A program made the position numbers and the translations under genes. The notes beneath the pieces are model-generated. The model was not told the DNA's origin and made no database searches. It worked only from the letters and a program-made list of their open reading frames with translations. A stretch of DNA of 32,000 bases, from NCBI RefSeq assembly GCF_017876815.1, contig NZ_JAGIOS010000003.1, forward strand, positions 150,001 through 182,000, in the 5' to 3' direction. The stretch is from Sinorhizobium meliloti. GTDB lineage: Bacteria > Pseudomonadota > Alphaproteobacteria > Rhizobiales > Rhizobiaceae. This document shows, one piece after another, positions 1 to 9,700 of the stretch (position 1 is its first letter; every line of letters begins with the position of its first letter).

Positions 1-109
1 TCCCTGACCCGGAAGGAAGAGCATGGATCCGCACTGGCTCCGATTGGACAGGTTACATAGCCGCGCCGGGACGTCTGCCAACGATTCACACACATAAGGA
101 TAAAAGACG

Positions 110-358
110 ATGACCAAGCCTGCGACCATCCCATTCCCAACAGTCATCTTGGCCGCCGCAATCTTCAGTGCACCGGTCGCAGCACTCGCAGGTGGCAGCT
201 ACTATCGAGGGGTCACGTCGGAGCCGATCAATATCGGCCACAACGTGAACTCTGCAACCCAGAAGAACTCTCTCAGGGCCAAGGTGGTGGCGAACCACTC
301 CTTTCCTAAGAGAGGAGCATATTACAGGGGCCTGATGCGGAACGAGCAACCGCGATGA
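110..358 (+). CDS. small secreted hypothetical protein (82 aa)
   Basis: ORF-track ORF. ATG at 110 with AAGGA about 9 nt upstream. Signal-peptide-like N-terminus (TVILAAAIFSAPVAALA/GG). Two G[SA]YYRG[VL] motifs. No family recognised. Confidence 0.45.
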   Translation: MTKPATIPFPTVILAAAIFSAPVAALAGGSYYRGVTSEPINIGHNVNSATQKNSLRAKVVANHSFPKRGAYYRGLMRNEQPR

Positions 359-957
359 AGCATCTGTAGGCTGGGCGCGGTGCTGCCGACCATGCCGATG
401 ACGCCCTCGAGCCCCGGCGGGCGTCCCATCGAGTTCTTCGACGGCGTTCGGTCCGCGAAAGCCTATCGGCTGCCCGCCTCCGCAGCCGCGACGCTACCGT
501 CGCACCGCACCGATTCGTCGGCAGGTGCGCGCGGAATGGGATAAGCCGCTGCGCCACTGTGGGGGGCTCGGACTCAATTTGAGATGTGCGTTGATCACAC
601 TGCTGCATCTCAGTCGTCGCAAATTTCCCGAGTTCTGAACCAGTGAAATTGACGGGGTCCGCAGCGAGCGCCGTGGCCAAGTTGCGCCGTTTCCCTCTTT
701 GCATTCTCTCTAGCATTAAACTTTCCAAGGGACTTTGCAGAAACAACCCAAGTCATTGATCTAGAGGGAGCACCTCCCGATCTCCTTCAAGCGCACGTGC
801 GCGCCTGCGTACTCACAAGAGCTGCAGGTTACCTGCTAAGAGCTGAGTGGCCATCCAAGGGCGTTGGGAATAGCATAACAGGGAGATCCTGAGACCAACC
901 GAGGACGGCCTCCGTTAACGAATCCAGGTCTGGAACAGGAAACGATCAGTCCCTGAT

Positions 958-1044
958 TTACTCCTGGGCCTCGAGCCACGTCACGGCAAATATCGCAACG
1001 ATACCAAGGAGAATCATGATGCCAGCGACGTTGACCGGATCCAT
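958..1044 (-). CDS. candidate 28-aa hydrophobic micropeptide MDPVNVAGIMILLGIVAIFAVTWLEAQE
   Basis: Hand-translated; below the ORF-track size cutoff. ATG at 1044-1042 is preceded by GGAGGAA (1051-1057) with a 6-nt spacer. One TM-like helix. TAA stop at 958-960. Confidence 0.3.
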   Translation of the reverse strand: MDPVNVAGIMILLGIVAIFAVTWLEAQE

Positions 1045-1132
1045 TCGGGTTTCCTCCGTCTATCGTGCTCAACCCTGCAGGCGACGGTATGTTCCGCATG
1101 AATCTGTCGAAAGCTAAGAGGCGCCAAGAAGG

Positions 1133-1163
1133 GCAGCGCTCCCGGATTGAAAAGGAGCGCTGC
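1133..1163 (-). terminator. 10-bp stem hairpin (gcagcgctcc / ggagcgctgc, 11-nt loop) downstream of kup
   Basis: Perfect inverted repeat seen in the sequence, about 175 nt past the kup stop. Only a weak T tract follows on the minus strand, so the terminator role is uncertain. Confidence 0.25.
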
Positions 1164-1336
1164 AGTTGGTCGACTTGTGCGATTGTCCGCTAAGCCAACG
1201 TTTCAGCGGAGAACTTCCGTCTGAATAGGAACTCTCTTTTAACCGCTTGCTTGTTGAAATGTTCCTTAAACTGGGTCCAGATCTAGCTACGCGCGGCTGA
1301 TGCCCGGTGATGCCGCTGCTAGCGCGGAGTGCGCAC

Positions 1337-3238
1337 TTAGATAATGACTTGCTCTCCCAGCTCGACGACTCGATTAGCTGGCAGATGAAAGTACTCGGTT
1401 GGATCAATCGCCGAGTCCGCCATGGCGATGAAGAGCTTGTCTTGCCATTGGGGCAGCCCTGACTGGGGGTCGGCTATCAGCTTGCGCCGGCCGAGATAAA
1501 AGGACGTCGACATGATCTCGAACTTGAAACCCTCCTTTCGACAGCGCGCCAGCGCCCGTGAGACATTCTGATCGTCCATGAAGCCGAACCTCAGCTCCAG
1601 CAGGCTGAACCGATCAGACAGCTTTGTAATTGTGTAGCGGTCCTTCTCGGGCACGTAAGGGACCCGGGCGGTCTTGATGGTCATGATGACGTTGTGCTGA
1701 TGAAGGACGTGATTGTGCTTGATGTTGTGCAACAGAACTGCCGGCGTCGTGTCGGGCGTGGCGGTCAGGAAGATCGCTGTTCCGGGGACTTGGACAGGAG
1801 CATGCTCGGACTTTCGTTCGACTATGGCCATGAACTGGCTCAGCGGGATGTCCTGACGGGCGGTCTTCTCGCGCAGCACGCTGACACCCTTCCGCCAGGT
1901 CCACATCATCGTGATCAAGGTGCCGGCGATGAGGATGGGCACGTAGCCCCCGTGGTGAACCTTCAACAGATTGGCGCCGAGGAAGACCAGTTCGAGACTG
2001 AACAGGGGAAGCAGGACAGCTATGGCTGTCAAAGCGGGCCAGCCCCATTGGCGCCGAACGAATTCGAAGGCGAGAATGGTATCGATCACCATCGCGCCCG
2101 TAATGGATACGCCGTATGCGGGGGCAAGGGCTTCGGAGCTACCGAACATCAGCATGAGGGCGAGAACACCGGTCAAAAGGATGGTGTTGACCAAGGGCAG
2201 GTAAATCTGACCCGTTTGCGTTTCCGAGGTGTAGCAGATTTCGAAGCGGGGGAGGAAGCCGAGATGGATCGCTTGCCGTATAAGCGAAAAGGCTCCGGTG
2301 ATCACCGACTGGCTGGCGATGATCGTTGCGGCCGTGGCAAGGATCACCATCGGCAACAAGGCCCAGTTCGGGAACATCAGGAAAAACGGATTGGAGATGG
2401 CATCGGGATGGGACAAAACCAGCGCGCCCTGCCCGAGATAGTTCAACGCGAGGGCGGGAAAGACGACCGCAAACCAGGCCGCCTGGATGGAATGGCGACC
2501 GAAATGGCCCAGATCGGCATAAAGCGCTTCAGCTCCGGTCACGGTGAGGAAGATGGCGCCGAGTACGATAAAGCCGATGAGGCCGGCATTCCATAAAAAA
2601 CCGATCGCATTGAGCGGGTTAAAAGCCGAAAGGATCGCCAGATCGTCGCCAATATGCGCAACGCCGGCAGCTGCCATCACGAGAAACCAAACGAGCGTGA
2701 TCGGGCCGAAGAACACGGAAACGGCACCGGTCCCGCGTGACTGGACGGCAAAAAGCAGCAGGATTATCACGACGGAGATCGGCAGAACGTAGTCGTGAAG
2801 CGCCGGCGCGACGAGCTTCAAACCCTCAACGGCCGACAGTACCGACAGCGCCGGGGTGATCATCGCGTCACCGATGAACAGGGCGGCGCCTAGAACGCCG
2901 GCAAAAAACATGAGGACCGGATATTTGGTGCCCTTCTTCAGCAACAGCGCGAGCAGGGACAAAGTGCCACCCTCACCATCGTTGTCGGCCCGAAGCAGAA
3001 AGAGCACATATTTGATGGTCACGATGGCGGTCAGCGTCCAGAGTACCAGCGACACGAGACCGATGACTTCGTCCCGCCCAACGCCACCTGGTCCAAACGG
3101 GCGCAGTGCCTCGCGGAAGGCGTAGAGAGGGCTGGTCCCGATGTCGCCATAGACCACACCGATTGCCCCGATGGTCAGCGCCAGAAACTGCGGCAGATTG
3201 TTCGCTTGTGCCGGTGCGTGGTCGAGGGAGTCGGCCAT
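1337..3238 (-). CDS. kup: KUP/HAK/KT-family potassium uptake transporter
   Basis: 633-aa ORF. The N-terminus [27 protein letters not shown] is the family signature. A multi-TM body is followed by a soluble C-terminal domain. GGGAGAA lies just upstream of the ATG. Confidence 0.97.
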   Translation of the reverse strand: MADSLDHAPAQANNLPQFLALTIGAIGVVYGDIGTSPLYAFREALRPFGPGGVGRDEVIGLVSLVLWTLTAIVTIKYVLFLLRADNDGEGGTLSLLALLLKKGTKYPVLMFFAGVLGAALFIGDAMITPALSVLSAVEGLKLVAPALHDYVLPISVVIILLLFAVQSRGTGAVSVFFGPITLVWFLVMAAAGVAHIGDDLAILSAFNPLNAIGFLWNAGLIGFIVLGAIFLTVTGAEALYADLGHFGRHSIQAAWFAVVFPALALNYLGQGALVLSHPDAISNPFFLMFPNWALLPMVILATAATIIASQSVITGAFSLIRQAIHLGFLPRFEICYTSETQTGQIYLPLVNTILLTGVLALMLMFGSSEALAPAYGVSITGAMVIDTILAFEFVRRQWGWPALTAIAVLLPLFSLELVFLGANLLKVHHGGYVPILIAGTLITMMWTWRKGVSVLREKTARQDIPLSQFMAIVERKSEHAPVQVPGTAIFLTATPDTTPAVLLHNIKHNHVLHQHNVIMTIKTARVPYVPEKDRYTITKLSDRFSLLELRFGFMDDQNVSRALARCRKEGFKFEIMSTSFYLGRRKLIADPQSGLPQWQDKLFIAMADSAIDPTEYFHLPANRVVELGEQVII

Positions 3239-3853
3239 ATGTTCTCCCTATCCTGAGGCGAGCTTTAAACAGTAACTCGGCTGGAGACGCTAGACGTCGC
3301 TCGTTTGAGAGCAACGGAATTAACTGGACCGCGTTCTTATTTGTTCCTGCTTAAAAGTAAATACAACCACCGCAGGGCGGTTTGTAGACCGGAATTCGGC
3401 CGTTCCTTCTCGACGAGCGACTCTGCTGCAGGTGTGATGCGCGAAATTCTCCAGAGGATCGAAGCGGGCCGGCGGGACTGAGCACAGGTGAGGCGTTGAG
3501 ATGGCAGCGCCTCCGGCGAGGGCCTGCTCAGGTCGGCGTTTGCAGGGGTTCTATAGAGCCGACACGAACTCACGTTACACCTCGAAGCGAGGGCGTCTAA
3601 CGGTCGGTCACTGAAGAGGCAACCGGGCCCTTCCTTAGAATGCGAGCCAAGCCGGGACGGATAGCGCGGTGATGACAAGGAGATCAGCAACCGTTGAGCG
3701 AGTGCATTCAGGGTGCCTTCGCATTCTCACTCAACATCACCTGGCAACGGTAAGTTCCGCCGCCAGACCAACCCGCGCCTCCGTCTGTTGCTTAACCGGG
3801 GCTCCAGATCCAGCGTAGCGCATGTGGAATTCTGCCCGCATAAGCAACCGCGC

Positions 3854-4123
3854 CTAAATCTTCAGCCTCCAAATCGTTCCGAAGAACTCCGGCTGTGTCC
3901 ACCACAGCGGGGGGGAGGGACTCATATCGTCGTCTCCTTCCGGATCATGCCACCGTCCTTGCCAGTCGTCTCCCAGCGCTTCTTTTGCTTGTTGCCCGTC
4001 GAGTCGGCTCAATAGCTGTTGAAGCAGATGGGTCTCGGGAATGCCGCTTTCCGGATGCAGACACGCGGCGATGTCTCGCTCGCAATCTTCGATCAGCTTC
4101 TTCATCTTTTGTGCGTCGGCCAT
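3854..4123 (-). CDS. hypothetical protein (89 aa, acidic, Trp-rich C-terminus)
   Basis: Internal ATG (MADAQKMKKLIEDC...) of the 3854..4180 ORF, preceded by a perfect AAGGAGG (4128-4134). Last gene of a three-ORF minus-strand cluster. Confidence 0.55.
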   Translation of the reverse strand: MADAQKMKKLIEDCERDIAACLHPESGIPETHLLQQLLSRLDGQQAKEALGDDWQGRWHDPEGDDDMSPSPPLWWTQPEFFGTIWRLKI

Positions 4124-4180
4124 AATACCTCCTTGAGCGGGTCGATATGCTTGTCGATGGGCACGGCTTTTCGGGGACAT

Positions 4181-4303
4181 TTACCAGAGGACGCCGTAAA
4201 GGGTGACGAAAACGATCATCCCGATACAAAGCACGGGCGTTGATCTGATCGCGAAATCGACCGGGTGAAACCGGTATCTGAAACTTCCAACATAGGATGT
4301 CAT
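4181..4303 (-). CDS. candidate 40-aa membrane peptide MTSYVGSFRYRFHPVDFAIRSTPVLCIGMIVFVTLYGVLW
   Basis: Hand-translated; below the ORF-track cutoff. Its ATG (4303-4301) overlaps the TGA (4302-4300) of the upstream 83-aa ORF as ATGA. Hydrophobic C-terminal helix. Confidence 0.4.
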   Translation of the reverse strand: MTSYVGSFRYRFHPVDFAIRSTPVLCIGMIVFVTLYGVLW

Positions 4304-4551
4304 TTTTCTTCTCCCTGGTAGGGGTCATTTAGGATGTGCAGTGCCCGAGCCGCATTTCTGGGGCTGAGCCCGTCCAACCGCCACCTTCTTATTTCTGCGA
4401 CTTCGCCCGAGGTGACATGATAGATCGTGTAGGTTCCATCCCCCTGGAAACTGCGACCATACTGACGGAGTTCGCCGGATCGGTCCGGCGCGCCTCCTTC
4501 TGCCTCCCAACTGCTGATAATCTTAGAGTGCAGTTCGTGTTTGCTTATCAT
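4300..4551 (-). CDS. hypothetical small protein (83 aa)
   Basis: ORF-track ORF. AAGAGG lies 7 nt upstream of the ATG. Its C-terminal half aligns without gaps to the divergently encoded 67-aa protein at 4920..5123. Confidence 0.55.
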   Translation of the reverse strand: MISKHELHSKIISSWEAEGGAPDRSGELRQYGRSFQGDGTYTIYHVTSGEVAEIRRWRLDGLSPRNAARALHILNDPYQGEEK

Positions 4552-4848
4552 CTTCGAACCTCTTTGCGGTGACGCTTGGAGGCAGTCGGTGCGGATGGCT
4601 CATCCACGCTCAGGCACTGATCGTCGTCAACAGGCGTGCGCAGAAAAACGGTTCTTGCCGAGAACTCAACAAACGGGGGAGTTTGATGGGCGGGGCGGGT
4701 GGGATGCACCCGGAAGCCGAGCAACCTGGCCCTGGAAATAATATCTCCCAAAACTAAGTCTTTAATAAGTTCGTTCTAAAAAGTAAGCGCTAGCCTCGGT
4801 CCTATAACTCTCGATTGCGCAAGCCACAGGACATTATTGCGCTCGTCG

Positions 4849-4878
4849 TTGACGCGAAAGCCACCGCACGAATATAGA
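4849..4878 (+). promoter_or_regulatory. candidate sigma70-type promoter for the 4920 gene
   Basis: TTGACG (4849-4854), then a 17-nt spacer, then ATATAG (4872-4877), in an AT-rich divergent intergenic region. AAGGAGG at 4898-4904. Confidence 0.3.
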
Positions 4879-4919
4879 GGGCCGTAGCGCGGCCTTTAAG
4901 GAGGCGCTAAACTGCCGGC

Positions 4920-5123
4920 ATGACCCAGCGATACGAATTGCATGACGACAGCAATGGCTTTTGGAGCGTGATTGATCGCTTCACTGGCTGGCCTGCTCGA
5001 TGGGAAGGCATATCGCAAACCGGCCTCGATTATTTCGATGCGGACGATCTCACCGATTTGCTCAATCTGCTGGACGAACGCAGACGAGCAAAAGGCAAGC
5101 CGGAAAGCGGCGAGCTAAAGTGA
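4920..5123 (+). CDS. hypothetical small protein (67 aa), paralog-like of the 4300..4551 product
   Basis: ORF-track ORF. AAGGAGG upstream. Shared pattern [ST][IV]-x3-[ST]-G-x2-A-x8-GL-x4-A-x2-L-x2-L-N with the 83-aa protein. Confidence 0.5.
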   Translation: MTQRYELHDDSNGFWSVIDRFTGWPARWEGISQTGLDYFDADDLTDLLNLLDERRRAKGKPESGELK

Positions 5124-5156
5124 ACGGCTTGCGAATCGTGAAGGGCGGAGAAAGTG

Positions 5157-5187
5157 AGTGCCCGCACGAGGAAGGGGTGCGGGCACT
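5157..5187 (+). terminator. 11-bp stem hairpin between convergent genes
   Basis: agtgcccgcac / gtgcgggcact with a 9-nt loop, 34 nt after the stop at 5123. No clear U tract. Confidence 0.4.
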
Positions 5188-5403
5188 CTGAACAGGTTGG
5201 GGGACCTGGTGCCGCGGCAATGCGCGAGCCGCGGTAACGCGTCTCGTGCAACCTTGTTCCAGGCTTCAGCATTTATTTGCCGGGCTTGGTCTTCCTCGGT
5301 GTGGATCAAGGCGGGGCGCGTCGTGTTCATGCCGGCTTCTGAAGGCGACAAACGGCGAGGAGCGGCCTAAGTGCCTGGCAAACGCACGTCGGTGCATCGC
5401 ATC

Positions 5404-5826
5404 CTATGAGGTCATCAAATCGATGATCCGCATGATCGCGACCGAGTTGCTCGTGTTCTGGGTGCCTTCTGTTGTATCGGCTTTGGCGCACGTCCAAACA
5501 TCACCCTTCTTGACTGTGAATTTTTTTTCGTTCTGAACGACCGAAAGTTCTCCCTCAGTCATGTGGCAAAGCATGTCGTTCGTCATTACGTTGTCCGGCG
5601 TCTTCGCACCTGCTTGGATAACGACATCCCGCAGTTTGACCATTTTATAAGCCGGGATGACCGAAGCTCGCTCACCAAGCGCAACAACTCTGACACCGGG
5701 ACCGATCTCCTCACCCTCATCGGGGCCGTAAGTCTGGGCGGCTGCTGGTGTCACCCAAGCGATCAAAGGTGTGGCGGCCATTGTAAGACCGAGTGCGAGT
5801 GTGGATCTACGATTGACGGCTTCCAT
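5404..5826 (-). CDS. Tat-exported cupin-domain protein (140 aa)
   Basis: Twin-arginine leader MEAVNRRSTLALG...PAAA/Q. Small beta-barrel-type body (VKLRDVVIQAGAK...GELSVV...KKGDVW). Confidence 0.75.
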   Translation of the reverse strand: MEAVNRRSTLALGLTMAATPLIAWVTPAAAQTYGPDEGEEIGPGVRVVALGERASVIPAYKMVKLRDVVIQAGAKTPDNVMTNDMLCHMTEGELSVVQNEKKFTVKKGDVWTCAKADTTEGTQNTSNSVAIMRIIDLMTS

Positions 5827-5901
5827 TGCTTTCCTCCCTAATCAACTTGTTTCTGAATAAGTGGGAAACCGAATAGTGTTGAGCCGCTGCCACCGAGAGT
5901 C

Positions 5902-5938
5902 AATAGGTCCGTCCTATTAGGCATGCCTGCTAGCAGGC
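5902..5938. promoter_or_regulatory. cluster of three adjacent or overlapping palindromes upstream of the cupin gene
   Basis: AATAGG-tccgt-CCTATT (5902-5918), AGGCATGCCT (5919-5928) and GCCTGCTAGCAGGC (5925-5938), located 76-112 nt upstream of the start at 5826. Confidence 0.3.
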
Positions 5939-6119
5939 TTACCTGTCCTGGATGCATGAAGATGACTGTGACTTCCGCGATCCGCCGACCGAGGGTGATA
6001 CACGGCGAGGGGCCGCGTGAGGACCCGTCGCCTTATTCCATTTGTGCAGCTATTGCTGATGCGCTGTCTCCACTACGTTTAGCCGCCGTGGCAAGAAGAA
6101 CAGCGAAAACGACCGATAA

Positions 6120-6392
6120 ACCGCCCCCGATCCCCCGCCCGCGCGTGTCGACCCATGCGTTGCAACAATTGTCGACAAGCCGCCGAAGGCGCGCGACTGG
6201 GCCTCCAAGGTGAAATGGGATGGATGTCGGATTGCCCTGCATATCGAGTCCACCCGGGTGAGGGTGCTCACGCGCGGCGGCTACGGCTGGACGGAACGTT
6301 CCTCGACGATTGTCGACACGCGTGGCGGCTCGTGGCTGCTGCCGCCCAATACAGACATTGCCGTCAGCGGTCCGAACGACGGAACCGGATGA
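6120..6392 (+). pseudogene. fragment of an ATP-dependent DNA ligase (LigD/LigC-type adenylation domain)
   Basis: The frame-3 translation DPCVATIVDKPPKARDWASKVKWDGCRIALHIESTRVRVLTRGGYGWTERS carries the KxDG ligase motif I context. The frame is closed by TAA at 6117-6119 and ends at 6392. About 90 aa survive of an expected 300+. Confidence 0.7.
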
Positions 6393-6752
6393 TGACGTCC
6401 ACCTGGAACTTCACGAAGAGAACCATTCCGCGTGCTGGCACATGATAAACGTCCTGCCAAACGTGATCCGCAAAGTTGTCATCGACCTAGAAAACATACG
6501 CCTCGATCTCCGGCGATCGTTCCACAACACTCGCCCGGTCGAACCCGTGGCACCTCGTAGCGCGGTTTAGGTCATCGCAAGCGCTTCGACCGATCCGACC
6601 GTTACCTTGATTGCCTCGAGATCGTGGTCGCCCAATTTCTCCATGCCTCTATATGCCACTTAGTGGTGGCATTTGACGAGCTCGTATGAGGCTTCTGGAC
6701 GTGCGCTGGTCTCGCTTCCCGTCAAGGCGAGGGATTCGGCTCAGGGCTTGTC

Positions 6753-9700
6753 TCAATGTAGCTTGTCGAGCAACTGCCTGGCCTGGGTCAGGTCGCGCGT
6801 ATTGAACCCTTCGGTGAACGACTCATAGAGCGGCCAGAGCAAATCCCGAGCTTCATCGCCGCGGCCGTGCTCAGCCCAAAGCTTAGCAAGGCCAAGCGCT
6901 GCGCGGAGCTCGAACGACTTGGCGCTCTGACGTCGCGCGGTTACCAGTGCCGATTGGAACCTAGCTTCACATTCCACAGTGGAACGCGCACACACCTCGA
7001 GCATCTCGGCCTCGATCCGCTCGACTTCGGCATCCCACATGTGCTCGCAGTGGCAAGCGGCTTGATCCTTCGCCTCAGCGACGACGGCCAAGGCAGATTC
7101 GGCTGCGCCGGACTTCTGCAATGTTGTTGCAAGCATGCAAAGATACCGGACATGATACCAACTCACACCCAATGCGGATCGAGCCCTCAAATTCTGACGC
7201 ATAACCGCCAAGCCTTCCTCAACGGACGCGCCCTGGGCGATCGCCCAACCTCGCAGGAACAGGCCGTTCAGTCGCCAGTAGTGCAGACTATGTTGATCTG
7301 CCAAAGCAACGATAGCGTCGGCATGCCGGCGCACAGCAGATGTTTCACCAAGAAGCTCATGGAGTCCGGCGCCCGCGTATGTTCTGACGTGGGCGGTGAG
7401 GTTCGCCTGCTTCAATTCTTCAGCATACCGAAGCGCTTCGATGGCCAAACCCCGCGCGGTGTCCGATTGCCCGAGAATCCACTTGAGGATCGCCAAGTAG
7501 GCAAGCGCTGAAATTTCGGATCATGGATGTACAGTACTGGTGGCGGACGGTGGCGGTCGGGATCATAGAGGCTCAGGATCGTCTCAAACTCGTGGGAAGC
7601 CTCTATGAAGGACCCGTCGTACATCGCCGTGATGCCATCCATACGGTGCCCTGCCAACTGAAATGCATCGTCGCCCGTGCGCTCGGCAGTCCGCCGGGCT
7701 TCCTTCGTCAACCGCCGCATCATTGCGCGGTCACCACGAACGAAGTGGTAAACGAACTCGCCGCTCAGGGTCGCGTGCAGGGCAGCGGCGTCCCCGAATT
7801 TTTGGCAAAGAATGCGTGCGCGAGCGTATGCTGCGCCGGTCTGGGAGGCAGCATATCCGTGCACGGAAATCAGCGCCGTTCCGAGTGCCGTCTGTAGAGC
7901 GAGTTCCTTCCAGTCCTTCTCCGACCCTAACGGAAGCGCTTCCAGTGCCTTCAGACCCCTCGAAAAGTGATCGATTGCCTCTAGATTTGCGGAGCGTTGG
8001 GCAGCCTGCTTCCCCGCGATGAGCCAGTAGTCGATCGCACGGGCCGCTTGCCCTGCTTTTGCAAAATGATGGGCCAGGACCTCGGGTTCGCGGGCAGCCC
8101 GGCCTGGGAATAGCTCTTCCAAAGTCCGAGCGATTTTGCCATGTAACTGTTGCCTGGGACGACGCAGGAGCGTGTTGTAGGCTGCGTCCTGCACAAGGGC
8201 ATGCTTGAAGAGGTACAATGAATCGGCCGCCGTTCCGCGCCGGAAGACCATCCCGGACGAGGTGAGCTGATCGATGAACGCCCGCAGCTCAGTTGCCGCA
8301 TACGGTGCCACCGCGGCCAAAAGGTCATGCGAGAACTCCCGCCCGATAACCGCGGCGATCTGTGCCACGTTTTTCGCCGCGCCTAGTCGATCTAGCCGGG
8401 CCATGAGGGACGCGTGCAGGGTGGCCGGGATGCCAAGACTCGCCGGCGATGCTGTCGACTGCGCGTGGTCTCCCTCCGCGCACATTTCTGCCACTGCTTT
8501 CGTGAACTCCTCGAGGTAAAGGGGCACTCCGTCCGTGCGCTCGACGATCCCTTGAATGGCTTCCGCAGGTAAGTCTTGTTGGCCAAGAACATGTTCGACT
8601 AGCGCGACTCCGTCGCGCTGTCCCAGGCGGCCAAGTGTCATCATTGACACGTGCGGCTGCCCGGACCAAGGCGGAGTGAACTCGGGCCGGAAAGTCACAA
8701 CAAGCAGCACGGGCAGCATCCGAATGCGTTCGACAGTTCGATCCAGAAGTTCCAGGCTGGTCGGATCAATCCAATGCACATCCTCGAAGATCATCACGAC
8801 GGGCTCCCGCCCGGCGAGGGCCTCCAACTGCCGTACGAGTGCCTGCAGGGTTCGCGATTTTCGCTGTTGCGGGCTGAGATCGAATGTCGGGAAGCGCCCG
8901 GAGCTGGGCAACGAGAGCAGATCTGAGACGAGGCTGCAATCTTCCGCCGCAGTCGACGTGGCCGCGAGCAGGGTTTCAAGCTTGTCGAGTTTCGTCGAGG
9001 TGTCATCATCTGGGCTCATTTCAGCGGCGCGCTCAAGCTGGCGGATGATCGGGTAGAGGGCGCTACCGCTATGATGTGGCGAGCAGAAATAGCAAAGATG
9101 CGTCCGCTGCTCGTTCGCAATCTCCTCCAGGACGGCAACAGTGATACGCGATTTGCCGATGCCTGGCTCTCCCACGAGAAGGATCACCTGACCCTCGATG
9201 CCCTTTGCGCGCTGCCAGCAGTGGCGCAGCGCTTCGATTTCGTTCTCGCGGCCCACCAGCGGGGTGAGCCGCTCGCCGTGCAATGCCTCGAAACGACTAT
9301 CCAGAATGCTCGGTCGAAGCACTTGGTAGGCGCGGATGGGCTCGGAATAGCCCTTGACCTCGAGGGTGCCAAGGTCACGAAAATCAAAGAGATGGCCGAG
9401 GAGGTGGTGCGTTCTCTCCCCGATCACCACCGTGTCCGGTTCGGCCAAACCCTGCAGTCGCGCAGCAATATTCGGCGTCTCACCGATTACGCCTCGCTCG
9501 CGAGCCTCACCAAAACCGACAATGTCTCCGACGACCACGATTCCAGTAGCGATGCCGATACGCACTTGCAGCGGATCTGAGAGTTCAAGCTCATTGACAA
9601 TGTCGATTAGCGCCAGGCCGGCCCTTACCGCCCGCTCAGCGTCATCTTCATGCGCCTGCGGATAGCCGAAATAGACGAGCACGCCGTCGCCCATATATTT

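Noticed and set aside
306-746. 146-aa minus-strand ORF
   Set aside because: It overlaps the better-supported 110..358 gene. The C-terminal half is an Arg/Ala/Ser low-complexity stretch. There is no SD and no family resemblance. A plus-frame stretch GGRPIEFFDGVRSAKAYRL (about 415-475) vaguely recalls transposase N-termini but is too weak to call.
1694-2596. 300-aa plus-strand ORF (and others at 1614-2048, 2544-2792, 2856-3125) inside kup
   Set aside because: These are antisense or out-of-frame shadows of a high-GC gene. The translations are Arg/Gly/Asp-rich with no start signals. The kup frame explains the region.
3337-3690. 117-aa minus-strand ORF in the kup upstream region (also 3713-4015 plus)
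   Set aside because: No SD, Ser/Arg/Pro/Leu-rich translation, and no resemblance to any family.
4755-4785. Possible Irr ICE box (TTCTAAA half-site in gtctttaataagttcgttctaaaaag)
   Set aside because: Only one half-site matches. The expected TTTAGAA partner at N3 spacing is absent.
6867-9580. Plus-strand ORFs of 120-214 aa opposite the cyclase gene (6867-7511, 7523-7897, 8556-9056, 9071-9580)
   Set aside because: Shadow ORFs typical of high-GC coding DNA with low-complexity translations. The minus-strand cyclase/NTPase/TPR frame is clearly the real one.
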